Positions 13,822-28,430 of a stretch of 64,000 bases of DNA are shown one piece after another. How positions within the stretch are numbered: the stretch's first letter is position 1; the number at the start of each line of letters is the position of its first letter. The notes below the pieces were generated by a model. It ran no database searches and was not told the DNA's origin. It saw nothing but the letters and a program-made list of their open reading frames with translations. The stretch spans positions 16,492,001-16,556,000 of the forward strand of contig OZ024755.1 in assembly GCA_964016885.1 (NCBI GenBank), written 5' to 3'. The translations under genes were made by a program, and so were the position numbers. The stretch is from Eledone cirrhosa (lineage: Eukaryota).

Positions 13822-14076
13822 GTCTAAAGAAATATATATATATATATATTATATATAATTCAAAAGGTCTTACGAATCTCATGAACCACAATTGGCTTGT
13901 TAAACAAGGTCTGTGGTGTCACCAATAATATCTTTGTTTTGGCTGACTTAACAAGGAGTGAGTGTGTATTTGAAAAGTTTCTTTTGGGAGAGGTAGGGTC
14001 AGTAGTCAGGGGAAAAGGGTTATGCTTGTCAAATTAATTTTACTTTAACTCTTAACATCCCATTAATATTTAGCAC

Positions 14077-14428
14077 AGTAGTTCCCAAAGTGGGTTCCGC
14101 AAAGGAGTGTCTAGGGTTTCGTGGAAAAAAGGTAGAGGACTATATTTATATTATGACCATATAACAGTTAGAGCGGTGGATTGGCAGTATCGGGCGCCCT
14201 GCTTTGAAGCATAGAGTTACCTCCCTTTATGATCTGAGTTCAAATCTCGCCGATGTTAACTTTGCCTTTCATCTTTACGGGGTCGATAAAATAAAGTACC
14301 AGTAATGCACTGGGATAATTGCTGGCCTGGTGCCAAAAGCAGAAACAATTATGACCATATAACAGTATTAGACTTTGGGGTTCCCCCAAAAGGTTTCTGC
14401 CTTTGAAAAAGTTTGGAAAAACCTGCTT
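14077..14428. mobile_element. hAT/Charlie-like MITE interrupted by a SINE
   Basis: Ends CAGTAGTTCCCAAAGTG and AAAGTTTGGAAAAACCTG. Confidence 0.5.
14169..14347 (+). mobile_element. SINE S1 with 19-bp target-site duplication
   Basis: ATTATGACCATATAACAGT at 14150-14168 and 14348-14366; A box TGGCAGTATCGG, B box GAGTTCAAATC. Confidence 0.88.
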
Positions 14429-14591
14429 TTGTGTAGTATTATTACTAGTGGCCAGGTCGTAGTGAAAATTTGCAACATTAGAACTTTGTAGTGCCATTTG
14501 AGGGAGACTTCATTGCTATATTTAGCAAATTTAGCTGTTATTACAGAAGCAGTGGTGTTTTTTATTTACTCACTAGCAAGCAATATTTCAT

Positions 14592-14771
14592 GTGGATTGG
14601 CAGTATCGGTAGAGGGTCGGACGCCATGCTTTCTAGCATAGTTACGTCCCTTTACGATCTGAGTTCAAATCCCGCCGAGGTTGACTTTGCCTTTCATCCT
14701 TACGGGGTCGATAAAATAAAGTACCAGTAATGAACTGGGTTATTGCTGGCCTTGTGCCTAAAGTAGAAACA
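14592..14771 (+). mobile_element. Full-length SINE S1
   Basis: A and B boxes; AATATTTCAT duplicated on both flanks; near-identical to the 40778-41541 units. Confidence 0.88.
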
Positions 14772-15330
14772 AATATTTCATATAGTTGAAGAATTATGTG
14801 GAGGCGGGGGAGAAGTACAATAGTGGTACACCCCCTCGTCAGACTCAACATGAATATAATAGTAATATATTAGTACTACGTATGGGTCACTTTACGCTCT
14901 TCGATTTTCGCCGAGGTCGATAAAAAAAAAAAAGCAAGTGTTGGATATGGAGAGGGGAGGGAGGAAGATCGATGCTGTTTACTATATAGACCTCTCTCTC
15001 ACCTACCTGCGTAATAAATCAATATTTAAAAATGTGTCAAAGACATACATATTAATCAAAAGGTATCCAAACACTATCTATCCCTCCCTCATACATATTG
15101 CCTTTCTCTTTCTCTCACGCACACACACACAACACACACGTGTGCGTGTATATATATATATATATATGTTATGTATTTCCGTAGAAAAGGTAAAGTAAAG
15201 AAGAGTGCTCTATGTAATGTATAGTATAGAGTTATTTAATTAGAGAGAGAGAGAGAGAGAGAGAGATACTGTGTGTATTTGTAAATATTTATAGTACTCT
15301 GCTGCTGCTGCTACTACTTCTACCATTACT

Positions 15331-15545
15331 GTGGATTGGAGGTATCGGTAGAGCGTCGGACACCCTCCTTTGCAGCATAGAGTTATGGCACTTTACATTC
15401 CGAGTTTAAATCCCATCGAGGTTAGCTTTGCCTTTCACCCTTACGGGGTCTATAAAATAAAGTACCAGTAATACACTGGGGTAGATTTAATCCCCCCCCC
15501 CTCAAAAAAAACAAAATTTGCTGGCCTTGTGCCTAAATAAGAAAC
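15331..15545 (+). mobile_element. SINE S1
   Basis: Same head, centre and tail as the other S1 copies. Confidence 0.8.
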
Positions 15546-16139
15546 CAGCCATCGAGTTTCTGTGTTGCTCGACCCCTTAGAAATAGTAGCAGAGTTCCAT
15601 GATACATAGCCTAGTGTATACATTAGAAGGACAGGGGACACACTGGATAATCTAGTGTTAGTTATATGAAAAGACCCGTCGGTCATTGATGGAGAGTCTT
15701 ATATTGGCCTAGGGCTAAACACCAGTGACATTATAATGCCCTGACGAACGTTGAGGTGGTCACTGAATCTACTAGAAATAACAGTCACATTTCTCGCCAC
15801 ATATAAGATAATTGTAGTCCTAAATATAGTGTCTGAATGAAAGATGGGATAGTCGTGACTGGAACGTCTTTGATCATAGGTTTCACTCAATCTGCTAGAA
15901 ATAGCAATCACATTTCACGCCATACATATTGAGATATTGTACAGTGATAGTCACGACTGGATGGTCTTTGATCATAGGTCTGCTTGGTCACAGTAAATTC
16001 GGAGCTAAACAACACCAACAACCATACATACCACCATTGCTATCACTACCACTCTGAATAAACACTACAACCACCCACACGAAAAATAACACCACTAGTA
16101 ATAATAAAAAGTCGATAGTGCTACCCACCACCACACCAC

Positions 16140-16660
16140 CACCATCAATAATAAAACCATCAACCCCACCATAACCATCACCACACCACCACCACCACCA
16201 TCTTCCATAATAAAGAACCCACCATCACCACCACGACCACCACCACCATCTTCCATAATAAAGAATCCACCATCATCTTCCATAATAAAGAACCCACCAT
16301 CACCACCACGACCACCACCACCACCATCTTCCATAATAAAGAACCCACCATCACCACCACAACCACCACCACCCCCTTCCATAATAAAGAACCCACCATC
16401 ACCACCACGACCACCACCACCATCTTCCATAATAAAGAACCCACCATCACCACCACGACCACCACAATAAAGAACCCACCACCACCAATCTTCCATAATA
16501 AAGAACCCACCATCACCACCACCATCTTCCATAATAAAGAACCCACCATCACCACCACCATCTTCCATAATAAAGAACCCACCATCACCACAACACCACC
16601 ATCTTCAATGTTAAAAAAGAACACCGCCACCATCTTCCATAATAAAGAACCCGCCATCAC
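16140..16660. repeat. Minisatellite CCACCATCTTCCATAATAAAGAACCCACCATCA with variable (CCA)n
   Basis: About 12 tandem units; source of the GGDGGFFIMED pseudo-ORF. Confidence 0.9.
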
Positions 16661-16739
16661 CATTATTACGTACCAAGCACAGTTGTTGAAACAAAACTAT
16701 TTTTATTTGGTTGAGATTTTTGTTGTAGTTGTGGTTGTT

Positions 16740-16772
<33 letters not shown>

Positions 16773-19700
16773 ATAGTAGTAGTAGTATTTTTTGTAGTTG
16801 TTATCAGTCATTGTTTCTGTTTTTTTTTTTATTAATAAACGTTTCATCAATGAACAAAAAACATTGTGTATGCGTATGTATCTATGTGTATGTAACGTTG
16901 AACTCAAGAGGCAGGAGAGGGAGGTAAATGGTGAAAGAGGGAAGGCGGTATGAGACCGTCTATTATTATATATGTACCTACTTATCTCTTACTTTTTTTG
17001 TGTCTCTATCTCACTCTCTCTCTATTTCCCTATCTACCCATGCCTCTCTCTCTCTCTATATATATATCTGTCTCTCTCGCTCTCTATTTCCCTATCTACC
17101 CATGCCTCTCTATCTCTCTCATATATATATATATGTCTCCCTCTCTAAACTTTTGTATGTATCACCATCATCCCCATCCATTCATAAAGTGATAAACGGA
17201 TTGGAAAAATAAATAAGTTCTCAACACAATTTTGCTTGCTACCTAATGTTTCAAAGCCTACTCTAGCATAGATCGTAGAAACACTACATATGCTAGTGTT
17301 GCTTATCTTTCAAGCAAGAATAAGTTTGTTATCATTGCTTTCATGGAAGGTCCACAGGAGTAGCTAATTTTCACCGACTGCTTGTCATAAGTCAATGGTC
17401 CAGTTGTTGGATTACCATTATGTTATCTTAGAGGATATTTTCCTATATGGTGGCATGAAAAATTAACTATGTCTGTTTATACGATGTTTTAGTATTTAAT
17501 TTCTTAAGAATACATAATAAACTATAGTGTTGATTTGCCTAAAAGGCGCCATATAAAAAATAATATTGTAGATTAAATTATTCTTTTCTCAAAAACCATT
17601 CATGACGCCAGGCTAATGTCGAATCGTCTTTGTAATATTCTAAAGGTATAATTATTCTGATAATATCTTATCTTAAATTGATTTGCTGTTAATCCGATGT
17701 AATCTATGTATGCAATTCGGATTAATGTTAAATGTGACTCTAACTGCATAGATAACGTACTTTCTTGAATAACGTACTTTCTTGACAATTGCAATTGGGT
17801 GGATATACATTTTGTGAATGGCAATTGCATATTATTATTTTTGTGTGTGGTGTGTGTGTGTGTGTGGGGGGGGGGGGGCAACTAGTGTCATTTAAGTTTT
17901 CTTTTTATTCATTCGTTATTTTTATTTGTTGATAATACATCGTCGAGGCTTGTTAGTGTTGTGGCTTAATATGAGTAAACTGTGGTCAAGAAAAAACAAG
18001 AAAAGCTCCGTTCTCTTTCTCTCTTACGTTTTCTAATTCCTTCTTTCAACCATTTCTCTCTATCTATCTCTATCTCTCTGGAAGGAGCGTTGGGAGAAAG
18101 AAGGTTAGTATGATGTGTGTTGGAAGGGAAGAGTGTGTGGGGTTACCAATCGTTTCCAAGTTTCAAGTTTGGGTTACACACACAAAGACGCATACATATA
18201 TACATACATACATATATATATATATGATTGCAAACCGAAATGGAGAGAGCCTCTGTTAAAAGGGGAACTCAAACGTTAATAGAGTATAGGCATCTTTATT
18301 TTATTAAAGAAATGACTCCTACTAGACTAAAACTGTTTCATTCATACTATAATATAGTTGCTTGTTTGTTTTTGTATTTTCACTATAAGCACGACCTGAG
18401 ATAGTAAATATCACACATTTACTTCTATAGAACCGGTACAACCAACAACACTAATACCACCTCCACCACCATATCACCATTACCGCCTCCAACACCACTA
18501 CCAGCATTATCACCACCATCATCACCAACACCATCAGCAGCACCACCACCACCACCACCTATCTCACCTGAACTAAGTCAATCACTACTAATACTAACCT
18601 AGTTATAAATAACTCCATTACACACCTCCTCCTCCTGTGTTCTGTTACCTCCACCACCACGACCCCTTCAATATCCACCACCACCACCAACACTGCTAAC
18701 ATCACCATCACCACCATCACTGCCAACATCACCACGACCACCACCACCATCATCACCACAACAACGACCCCCTCAACATCCTGCATCACCACCACCACCA
18801 CCACCACCATCATCACTATCATCGCCATCACCACAACCACTACCATTACAGCCAACATCACCACGACCCCCTCAACAGCCATCACTGCCAACATCACCAC
18901 CATCACCACGACCGCCACAACCACTACCATCACTGCCAACACCACGCCCCCTTCCCTCAACATCCACCACCATCATCATTACCATCATCACTGCCAACAC
19001 CACGACCCCCTCAACATCCACCACCACCACCACAATCATTGTTATAATGATTATGAATGGAGAAGAGAAAATAAATAGTAAAAATAAATGAATGACAAAA
19101 ATAAACTGATTGATTTATTCTTACACACACATACACATAAATACATAGGCACAGACACATACACATACGTACACAGACTTAGACAGACATGCACACAAAC
19201 ACAGTCATATACACAGACAGTCATATTAGGTCGTTAAATAGGAAATGTCCGATTTCCTTATGCACTTCCAATTTGACATCGGACATTATATACTTAATGA
19301 CCTGAGAGATACACAAAAACAGTCAAACACACACAAAGACAATCTCACACACACACACACACATACACAGAAGACAATCACACATCCACACAAAGACAAT
19401 CTCACACACACATACACACAAAGACAATCACACACACACCGTTTTCCAAACAACCCACATCATTCGTTCTATAACCTATCACCACCACCATAACTATTAA
19501 TTCACCACCACCACCATAACTATTACTCCATCACCATAACAACTATTACTCCATCACCACCACCATAACAACTATTACTCCACCACCATCACCACCACCA
19601 CAACTATTACTCCACCACCATCACCACCATGACAACTATTACTCCACCACCATCACCACCATAACTATTACTCCACCATCACCACTATTACTCCACCACC

Positions 19701-19944
19701 ACCACCACTACTACTATTACTACTTCTACAATAACATCATCGTCATCACTAACACCAACACTAATATTACTACAACTACTACAATAATACAACGACCACC
19801 ACTACCCATACTACCACCACCACCACCAGCTACCCGACCATCCCCGACGACCATCCAATCCACCCAGAATCGTCATTACCAGCTGGGAATAGTTTTCCTT
19901 CGCTCCAAATAATTTCCATTTCATTCATGAAAGGAAAAATAAAG

Positions 19945-19994
<50 letters not shown>

Positions 19995-20258
19995 TGTGTG
20001 TGTGTGTGTAAGGCATATGTGGTGTGTAAACCAACGCCATTCATACCTCAATCTGCTTTCATTGCTGTATGTGTATGTGTACGTGAGTGTACATTTGTGA
20101 ATATGTACGTGTGTGTATACGTGTGTGTGTGTGTGTGAGGCATATGTGGTGTGTAAACCAGCGCCATTCATACCTCCGTCTGCTTTCATATGTGTATGTG
20201 AGTGTACATTTGTGAATATGTACGTGTGTGTATACGAGTGGATGTGTATGTACTTGTG

Positions 20259-20306
<48 letters not shown>

Positions 20307-20410
20307 TGTAAGGCATATGTGGTGTGTAAACCAGCGCCATTCATACCTCAGTCTGCTTTCATTGATGTATGTGTATGTGTACGTGAGTGTACACGAGTGG
20401 ATGTGTATGT

Positions 20411-20449
<39 letters not shown>

Positions 20450-21020
20450 TGCGTGTGTGTGAGTCTATTTTATTGGCTCTTTGTATCATACGATAAACAG
20501 TTGCAAACAGTTGCGTGGGCGTTATCCATACATGTACACATACATTGTGTGTGTGTGACTGGGTTGTGTTGTGTTTGTATATATTACACACACACACACA
20601 CACATATATATAGCTTTGTTATAATACACACAAATACAAGTATATAGCTTTGTTATAATACACACACAACCACCCATATATATATATATACACATACATA
20701 CATACACAAGGGTTAATGTATACGAAGGGTGGGGTGGTTATGCCGTTGGACTCTGTCCACTAGTCTGGTATATTGATCTCGATAGTAGTATTGTTGTTAC
20801 TGCTATTAATGTTGTTGTTGTAATTGTTGTTGTTATTGTATGTTAATGTTGTTGTTAGTGCTGGTCTTGTTAATGTTGTTCTTTTTTATTAGGCGTCAAT
20901 CCAAATTTTAAACGCCAAAGATACCCTACCCCAAATTTTATTTTTCGACAAAGTCTGTTAACCAGCCCCCCTCCTCTCTCTCTCTCTCTATATATATATA
21001 TAATTATATACATTATATAT

Positions 21021-21162
21021 AGGAAAAGGTATGACCCCGACGACAGAGCTCAAGCCGTTTCGACGGCTATTTCTGGACAAAATAGCCGTCGAAACGGTAC
21101 CCTAATTATTGAGTACTCTGGTGCGTTATGGTCCATCTGGTTCCTTACCACAATTCCTTTGT
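21021..21162 (+). mobile_element. Family A fold-back element, right arm partly deleted
   Basis: GACCCCGACGACAGAGCTCAAGCCGTTTCGACGGCTATTT...AAATAGCCGTCGAAACGG plus tail; TA flanks. Confidence 0.75.
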
Positions 21163-21596
21163 TATATATATAATATATTAAATTTTATCTTATACATTAA
21201 TATATTGATTACCTTACTAACTGTGGTTACCACCGATTGAACCCGGGACTCACACACACACACATACACACACACAACGGGGAATTATTATTGTTTCGCC
21301 CCATCAATTCTAATAAAGCAACGTAAATATCAAAAGCGTTGTGGCCATGACTATCCATTTTGTCTTCTTTTCAAATATAGTATATAGGGCATGATATTTA
21401 AACAAACTTTTTTACATTATATATTTGGTCCGATAATCGTTAATTATTTCTCAGTTGTACGTGTTTATCAATTAACATTCGCCTGTGTGCAGCTTTTAGC
21501 ACTCGACGTCGGACTGTGATCTAATCACGCAGGTTTATTTATGTATAATAAATAAGTTTTTGTATAATATATATATATAGAGTTGTCAACATTATA

Positions 21597-21800
21597 GACC
21601 TATTATTTTTATCTAAAGACATTTTTCCCAATTCCATCCCGCCCGTCCCCTCAATCTATCTTATTTCTCATTCTTTCTTCTGATGAAGAAGGACTGGCGT
21701 CCGAAACGTTAAGACCTTCTTCCTGTTATATCAAGCGTTAACCTAATATATCTCTTCCATATACTGTACCGATTGTGTTGTTATTTCTGTTTACCTTTTA
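21597..21800 (+). mobile_element. Family B element with HHR at 21676-21714 (extra GAA after the core)
   Basis: TCTT-CTGATGA-AGAAGGACTGGCGTCC-GAAA-CGTT-AAGA; ends at (CA)n. Confidence 0.78.
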
Positions 21801-21824
21801 CACACACACACACACACACACATA

Positions 21825-21967
21825 AAGCAAAGAGGGTGTGGTAAGATACCAGGTGGACCATAATGCACCAGAGTACTTTATACTTGGGGTGGTAGAGTGA
21901 GTAATATGAAAAGATTCAGGACCCCCGGCGGCCGGAGCTCAGCCGTCGGGGTACTGAATCTTTTCAT
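21825..21967 (-). mobile_element. Family A fold-back element pivoting at the helix III loop (GAGCTC)
   Basis: ATGAAAAGATTCAGGACCCCCGGCGGCCGGAGCTCAGCCGTCGGGGTACTGAATCTTTTCAT preceded by the reverse-complement tail. Confidence 0.72.
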
Positions 21968-22174
21968 ATATATATATATATTATCAGTGACATAGTTTGG
22001 AAAGTCCAACTCTAATATCCCAGATGTGGATGGAATTATAAGAGACGATTGTCACGAAGGCTCTACAGGCTCATTCGCTGTCTGGTTGAGACAGTCAAAT
22101 ACTAACACCACTACATGGCTATCACCTCTCTATATGGAACAGTCTATATACTAGCTCTACATGGCCATAAGCTA

Positions 22175-22580
22175 TGTTCACCAGAGGTGTGTCTGTAATA
22201 CTAAGACTACGTGTCCACCAGATGTGTGAGGGTTTGTAATACTAACACTACATGTCCACCAGATGTGAGACAGTCTGTAATACTAGCACTCTACATGTTC
22301 ACCAGATGTGAGACAATCTGTAATACTAACACTACATGTCCACCAGATGTGAGACAGTCTGTAATACTGACACTACATGTCCACCAGATGTGAGACAATC
22401 TGTAATACTAACACTACATGTCCACCAGATGTGAGACAGTCTGTAATACTGACACTACATGTCCACTAGATGTGAGACAGTCTGTAATACTAACACTACA
22501 TGTCCACCAGATGTGAGACAATCTGTAATACTAACACTACATGTCCACCAGATGTGAGACAGTCTGTACTACTAACACTC
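22175..22580. repeat. 41-bp minisatellite GTCCACCAGATGTGAGACAGTCTGTAATACTAACACTACAT
   Basis: About 9-10 tandem units with no unique spacers. Confidence 0.93.
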
Positions 22581-23240
22581 TACAGCAAATGTGTGGGATA
22601 CGTTTGTAATATTAACTCATTATGTGTTCACCAGCTGTCTGGGACAGTCAATACTATCTACATGTTAATCGGCTGTCTGGGTTAGTCTAATAAGAAGACC
22701 ACACATGTCCACCATCAGTTTTATGAGACGGTCATTAAACAATGTATTTTTTCTGAAATCTTTTACTTATCGTTAACAGCTAAAGCTTGAAATTGGCTAA
22801 GACGTTTGTTGAGTACTAAGTCAACGCCTTGCAATGTCTTTGAAGATGATCAAGACCGGTTTTAGATCATTTTAAATTATCTTTGTATTTATTTATTATC
22901 GTGTAACTTGATTGCTTCAGATAATACTATGTTGCTTAACCCTCATGACACCAAGCAGCCTTGTTTCTATGTTATAAACTACATATTTTAAAGTGGTTTT
23001 ATTCATATAAGAACTAAAAGTCTGTCTCGAGCCCAGAAGCGCATTAGGCCGATACTTATCCCGGTTTCCGGGATAAACACCAGCCTAACAGGACCGGTCG
23101 TCGAAGAAACAACACCACATGTTCGGCCGTCTCCTTCGATCAAGAAAAGAAACTTTTTTTCGAGGAAGTTTCTCGATTTTTTAAATTTAACGATTTTTTT
23201 TAAAGAACTTTCAACGTTTTCAAGTTTTTATAGGTTTTGC

Positions 23241-23298
23241 CCTTCTGAAGAGCCCAGACTATCATAACTGATAGCCATCAGTAAAATATGTATAAAGG
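23241..23298 (+). ncRNA. Degenerate type I HHR (GAAA changed to AAAA)
   Basis: CCTT-CTGAAGA...CTATCA-TAAC-TGATAG...AAAA-TATGTATA-AAGG; helix I CCUU/AAGG. Confidence 0.5.
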
Positions 23299-23349
23299 AG
23301 TTTTGAATAAACCTGAATCCACTGATTAGGGCCTCCGATCTTTTAATTA

Positions 23350-23410
<61 letters not shown>

Positions 23411-23473
23411 TAAAGTAAACAGAAAAACGAAGACGCAGACAAATATTATTATTAGTTTCACGCTTGAGAGTGG

Positions 23474-23531
<58 letters not shown>

Positions 23532-23609
23532 AAAGTTCTATTTAAATTGTTGGGATACAACAAGCAAATATTTTTATAACTGATATAAAGCACTCAACAA
23601 ATAATTGGA

Positions 23610-23658
<49 letters not shown>

Positions 23659-23778
23659 CTGAGTTTTTCGAATATTAATAATAACATTCGATTCGTTTGC
23701 AATTATGCAAACAAGCCTCAATTGTTTAGCCATGTCAGTGGAATGAACCCTTCATTCTTGCTCTTGTGTTGGCATGTG

Positions 23779-23845
<67 letters not shown>

Positions 23846-23848
23846 CAC

Positions 23849-23896
<48 letters not shown>

Positions 23897-24065
23897 CATA
23901 TATATATATATTCACATATATATATATATATTCACACACATATATATTCATACATATATATATTCATACATATATATATTCATACATATATATATATATA
24001 TATATTCATACATATATATATTCATACATATATATATATATATTCATACATATATATATATATTC

Positions 24066-24109
<44 letters not shown>

Positions 24110-24634
24110 ATATATATATATATATATAGTCTTGTGTCAGTGTTAGAAACCATTACAAATATTGAATATTTAAATATATAGTGACTAATACAGGACAGCA
24201 ACACATGTCGATGGCGACATAACTAACAACTCGTGTTTCATTACTTAACATTGTTCACGGTTCAGCTCTTTCTATGAGGTGTCACCTGAAGAGGAAGACA
24301 TGCCCTAGATAATCTGCTTGAAGTCGTTGACTCTCTAGAACCTCTTGGCTTCCAAGACCTACCCACAAGAATATATGGCTAGCAGAAGACACGTGTGCTC
24401 TTTCTTCCCCCAAATTGTTTTCCCGTTCCTTCCTCTTCGCACTCTACTTTTCTATTTCATCTTTTAATTATCTGTCATTTCTATCACCTGCTAAGGGACT
24501 AGTGTTCGAAACGTAAAGATTGTTTTCCTACCGTTATCATGCATCAAACTAATATATTTCTTTGTTGTGCTGAGTTGTTTGCTTACATACGCGCGCGTGT
24601 GTGTAAGTATATAAGTATAGCTATATATAAATAT

Positions 24635-24683
24635 TAACTCCGATGAATCCGGTCTTGTGCTAGGTTGAAACGATCGTCAGTTA
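24635..24683 (+). ncRNA. Type I HHR with a U4C core change
   Basis: TAACT-CCGATGA-...-GAAA-CGATCGTC-AGTTA; helix I UAACU/AGUUA, palindromic helix III ACGAUCGU, GUC triplet. Confidence 0.62.
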
Positions 24684-24715
24684 TTAAATGTTTGAAAGAT
24701 TAAATTTTTGATTAT

Positions 24716-24767
<52 letters not shown>

Positions 24768-25066
24768 TAGATAGATAGATAGATACAAGTTTTTATATAT
24801 ATGTTGCTATCCCAATTATTTCATTGAACAGAATGTGTGGTGTGGTGTGGTGTGGTGTATCCAGTCATCACACACTTATAACCATAGTCATCATTCATAT
24901 ATAACGGTAAAGCAACACGTTAGATACAGTTATGATTAATAAACAAAATATGTAAATATGATATGAATCGGTTGGTGTAGCGGTGCCCCAGCTTGGCCTC
25001 AGCCTGTCAGCTGGAACGCGTAATAGAGCTATATATTTATGTGAGTGAGAGAGAGAGAGAGAAAAC

Positions 25067-25214
25067 AGGGTTCAATCGGGGGTAACCAAAGTTAGTAAGA
25101 TACTCAGTACATTAGTGGAATGTAAAGTTTAATATAGAAATGGCTTCTATGGGATTCAAAAGAAATCAAGGAAACAGTTCTAGTCATGTAGAAACCATTT
25201 CTATATTAAACTTT
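25067..25214 (-). mobile_element. Family C fold-back element (centre deleted)
   Basis: AAAGTTTAATATAGAAATGGCTTCTA...TAGAAACCATTTCTATATTAAACTTT inverted arms plus the family C tail. Confidence 0.7.
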
Positions 25215-25442
25215 ATATATATATACAATATACTCATATATATATATATATATATATATATACTGGTAAGAAACTCACAGGAGAAACCCACCCCCCACTC
25301 AAGCAAAGGGTTTCGACCCTTATACATGTTATGTTATATATATATATATATATATATTGCAGTGGGTGGTTAACATACCATTGTACTAAAAGCTGTCAAA
25401 CAGTAAGTGAATGAACACTCAATACTCGTAAAATGTCTCTCG

Positions 25443-25491
<49 letters not shown>

Positions 25492-25728
25492 AACAAAATA
25501 TACCTGTTGTATGTGATATACTTGCCAGTTTCCTTTTGTGCTGTTCATCGCTAACGTCTCTCCCACAGCCAGCAACCCATCCCACCACCACCACCACCAC
25601 CACCACACACCTATCGTTAGGTAAGACATTATAAATATACTTACACGACTACACGGTAGTCAAAATGTGTGGGATGCTTCGAAAGAAAAACGTAAAATAA
25701 AAAAAAAAAGAACATCATCTAAGCAAAT

Positions 25729-25774
<46 letters not shown>

Positions 25775-25815
25775 TACAAATATTAATAAAATAGATGTTC
25801 TTTTGATCAATTACA

Positions 25816-25868
25816 TTTTATTATACATATTTCGGATGTACAACAGTACGTCCTCATCAGACAAAATA
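25816..25868 (-). ncRNA. Type I HHR, family D
   Basis: Minus strand reads TTTTGT-CTGATGA-GGACGTAC-TGTT-GTACATCC-GAAA-TATGTATA-ATAAAA. Confidence 0.78.
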
Positions 25869-26016
25869 TAATGATACATGACATACTCTGAGATGTTAAA
25901 TGGTTAAGATTTAATCAAGGTAGAAAATTATTTTCTGTAGAGTGCTTCCAATCTACTGTAAAACTCATTCTTTGCTATACTCATTGAATCTTGTTTAACT
26001 CTTTAATATATATATA

Positions 26017-26060
<44 letters not shown>

Positions 26061-26212
26061 CAGTGAATACCTGTGTGTATTTTTTTAAATTATATATATA
26101 TATATATATATATAATTCTATATATAAATACTTACACACATATGTTTGTGTATATAGATATATATACACATACAAGACAGTGATCGTTTAAGAATACCTG
26201 TGTATTTAAAAA

Positions 26213-26252
<40 letters not shown>

Positions 26253-26265
26253 ATACATACACACA

Positions 26266-26297
<32 letters not shown>

Positions 26298-26784
26298 CAC
26301 ACACATATATATATAATATAATTAAAAAATAACACACACATATTCTTAAACGATCACCGACTTTTCTTTTCACCTTTCCCTCTCTTCATCTTACTCCTAC
26401 TCTATCTATCTATCTATCTCCACCACTTTCTCTATCCATCTTTATTTCTCTGCCACTTTATCTCGCCTCTCTGTCTCACTAATTATCTATCAGTTTCTCT
26501 CTTCTTCCTCTCTCTCTCTCTCCATCTATCTATCTGTCTGTCTCTTTCTCCTTGTCATCGCTTATGACGTACGCTTTGTTAAACGAGCTCCTCTAAGATT
26601 TATTTAGTTCATTATGATACAAAAGCAATGACGACGGTATGTGCGTGTGCTGGCATCATCGGCACTGCTTTAAACTCGACGGCGACGGCGGCTACCGCCA
26701 TATAACAACTGTCTCTACTAAACTAATACGTGAAAGAGAGAGAGAGAGTGTGTGTGTGTGTGTGAGAGTGAGACGTAGAGAAAG

Positions 26785-26816
<32 letters not shown>

Positions 26817-26940
26817 GGAGACCTTGAGAGAGACAGGGGAGACTGATAGAGGGAGAGACCAAGAGAGAAACAGGGAGATACTGAGAAACCGAGAGAGACG
26901 AAGAGAGAGAGGGGAGACCGAGAAACAGGGAGAGACTGAG

Positions 26941-26974
<34 letters not shown>

Positions 26975-27098
26975 GGGGGAACAGGGAGAGTGATATATAT
27001 ATATAGAGAGAGAGGGGGGGGAACAGGGAGAGTGATATATATAGAGAGAGAGAGGGGGGCCGAGAGAGAGACTGACAGAGAGAGAGAGAGAAACGGAG

Positions 27099-27138
<40 letters not shown>

Positions 27139-27562
27139 GGGGGAGACCGAGAGAGAGAGACCGAGAGATAGAAAGAGGAAGAGAGAGAGACCGAGAGAGA
27201 GAGACAGATATATATATAGAGAGAGAATTAGGGGAGACAGAGAGAGAGGGGAGACCGAGAGAGAGAGAGAGAGACTGAGGAAGAGAGAGAAAGTATGAGA
27301 GCAGCTAGCTAGTTAATGAATAACTAGTCTTCTCTACAGATAGCACCAACTCTACCGAACTATACCGCCTGTCGCTATTGCTATATCTGTCGTAGTTGAT
27401 AAGTGCCTGTGAATGTTGTGTAATAATAATCTACCTACATTTCTTTCTTTCTTCTTCTCTTTCTTTCTTTTCTTTTTCCTTTCTTTTGATATTCAATACG
27501 TGCTGTTGCCGTACGATGATATAGTTCCAGTGTTCACTCGTGGGTTGTGTTGTACCTTACCG

Positions 27563-27602
<40 letters not shown>

Positions 27603-27816
27603 ACACAGTGTTGTGTGGTTATTTCACTTATATATATATATATATATCGTAGGCTACCTTACATGTGTGTGTGTGTGTGCGTAATATATATATATATATA
27701 TATACACACGCAAATGTAAGGTACAACACAGCCTACGATATATATATAAGATATATACATATGTGCCCCAGCATGGCCTCAGCCGGATGGCTGGAACAGG
27801 TAAAGCAGTACATATA

Positions 27817-27849
<33 letters not shown>

Positions 27850-27918
27850 CGTGGGATTATTTCATTTATACTATATATATATATATATATACAAACACAG
27901 TATAAATATATTTATATA

Positions 27919-27950
<32 letters not shown>

Positions 27951-27998
27951 CACAATATATATATACACACAAACACAGTATAAATATATTTATATATA

Positions 27999-28041
<43 letters not shown>

Positions 28042-28193
28042 ATGTGTGTGTGTATATATATATATATATCGTAGGAAGTATGGATATATATCTGTATATG
28101 TGTGTATATAACATGTGTATTGATGTTTGCATATTCCATCTCTACAGCGTATACTATATAATATAGTATGTCTATTTTCTATAGGTGCGTCGT

Positions 28194-28231
<38 letters not shown>

Positions 28232-28356
28232 GTGAGCTAAGGCCAATCACTATGTATGTGTATTAGTATGTATGTGTGGAGGTGTGTTTGTGCGGACAAA
28301 TGATGGATCGTCGTAAAGATGTGTGTGTGTGTGTGTGTGTGTGTCGGTGTTTATAT

Positions 28357-28430
<74 letters not shown>

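Noticed and set aside
14592-14680. tRNA genes at A/B-box matches
   Set aside because: These are SINE heads continuing into shared SINE bodies, with no complete cloverleaf.
16095-16568. Gly-rich repeat protein (GGDGGFFIMED)n
   Set aside because: It is a minisatellite with no synonymous-type variation, a frame-breaking unit and no supporting gene structure.
22175-22580. CRISPR-like regular repeat
   Set aside because: The 41-bp units are contiguous with no unique spacers, there are no cas genes, and the context is eukaryotic. The same applies to 4993-5558 and 29390-29762.
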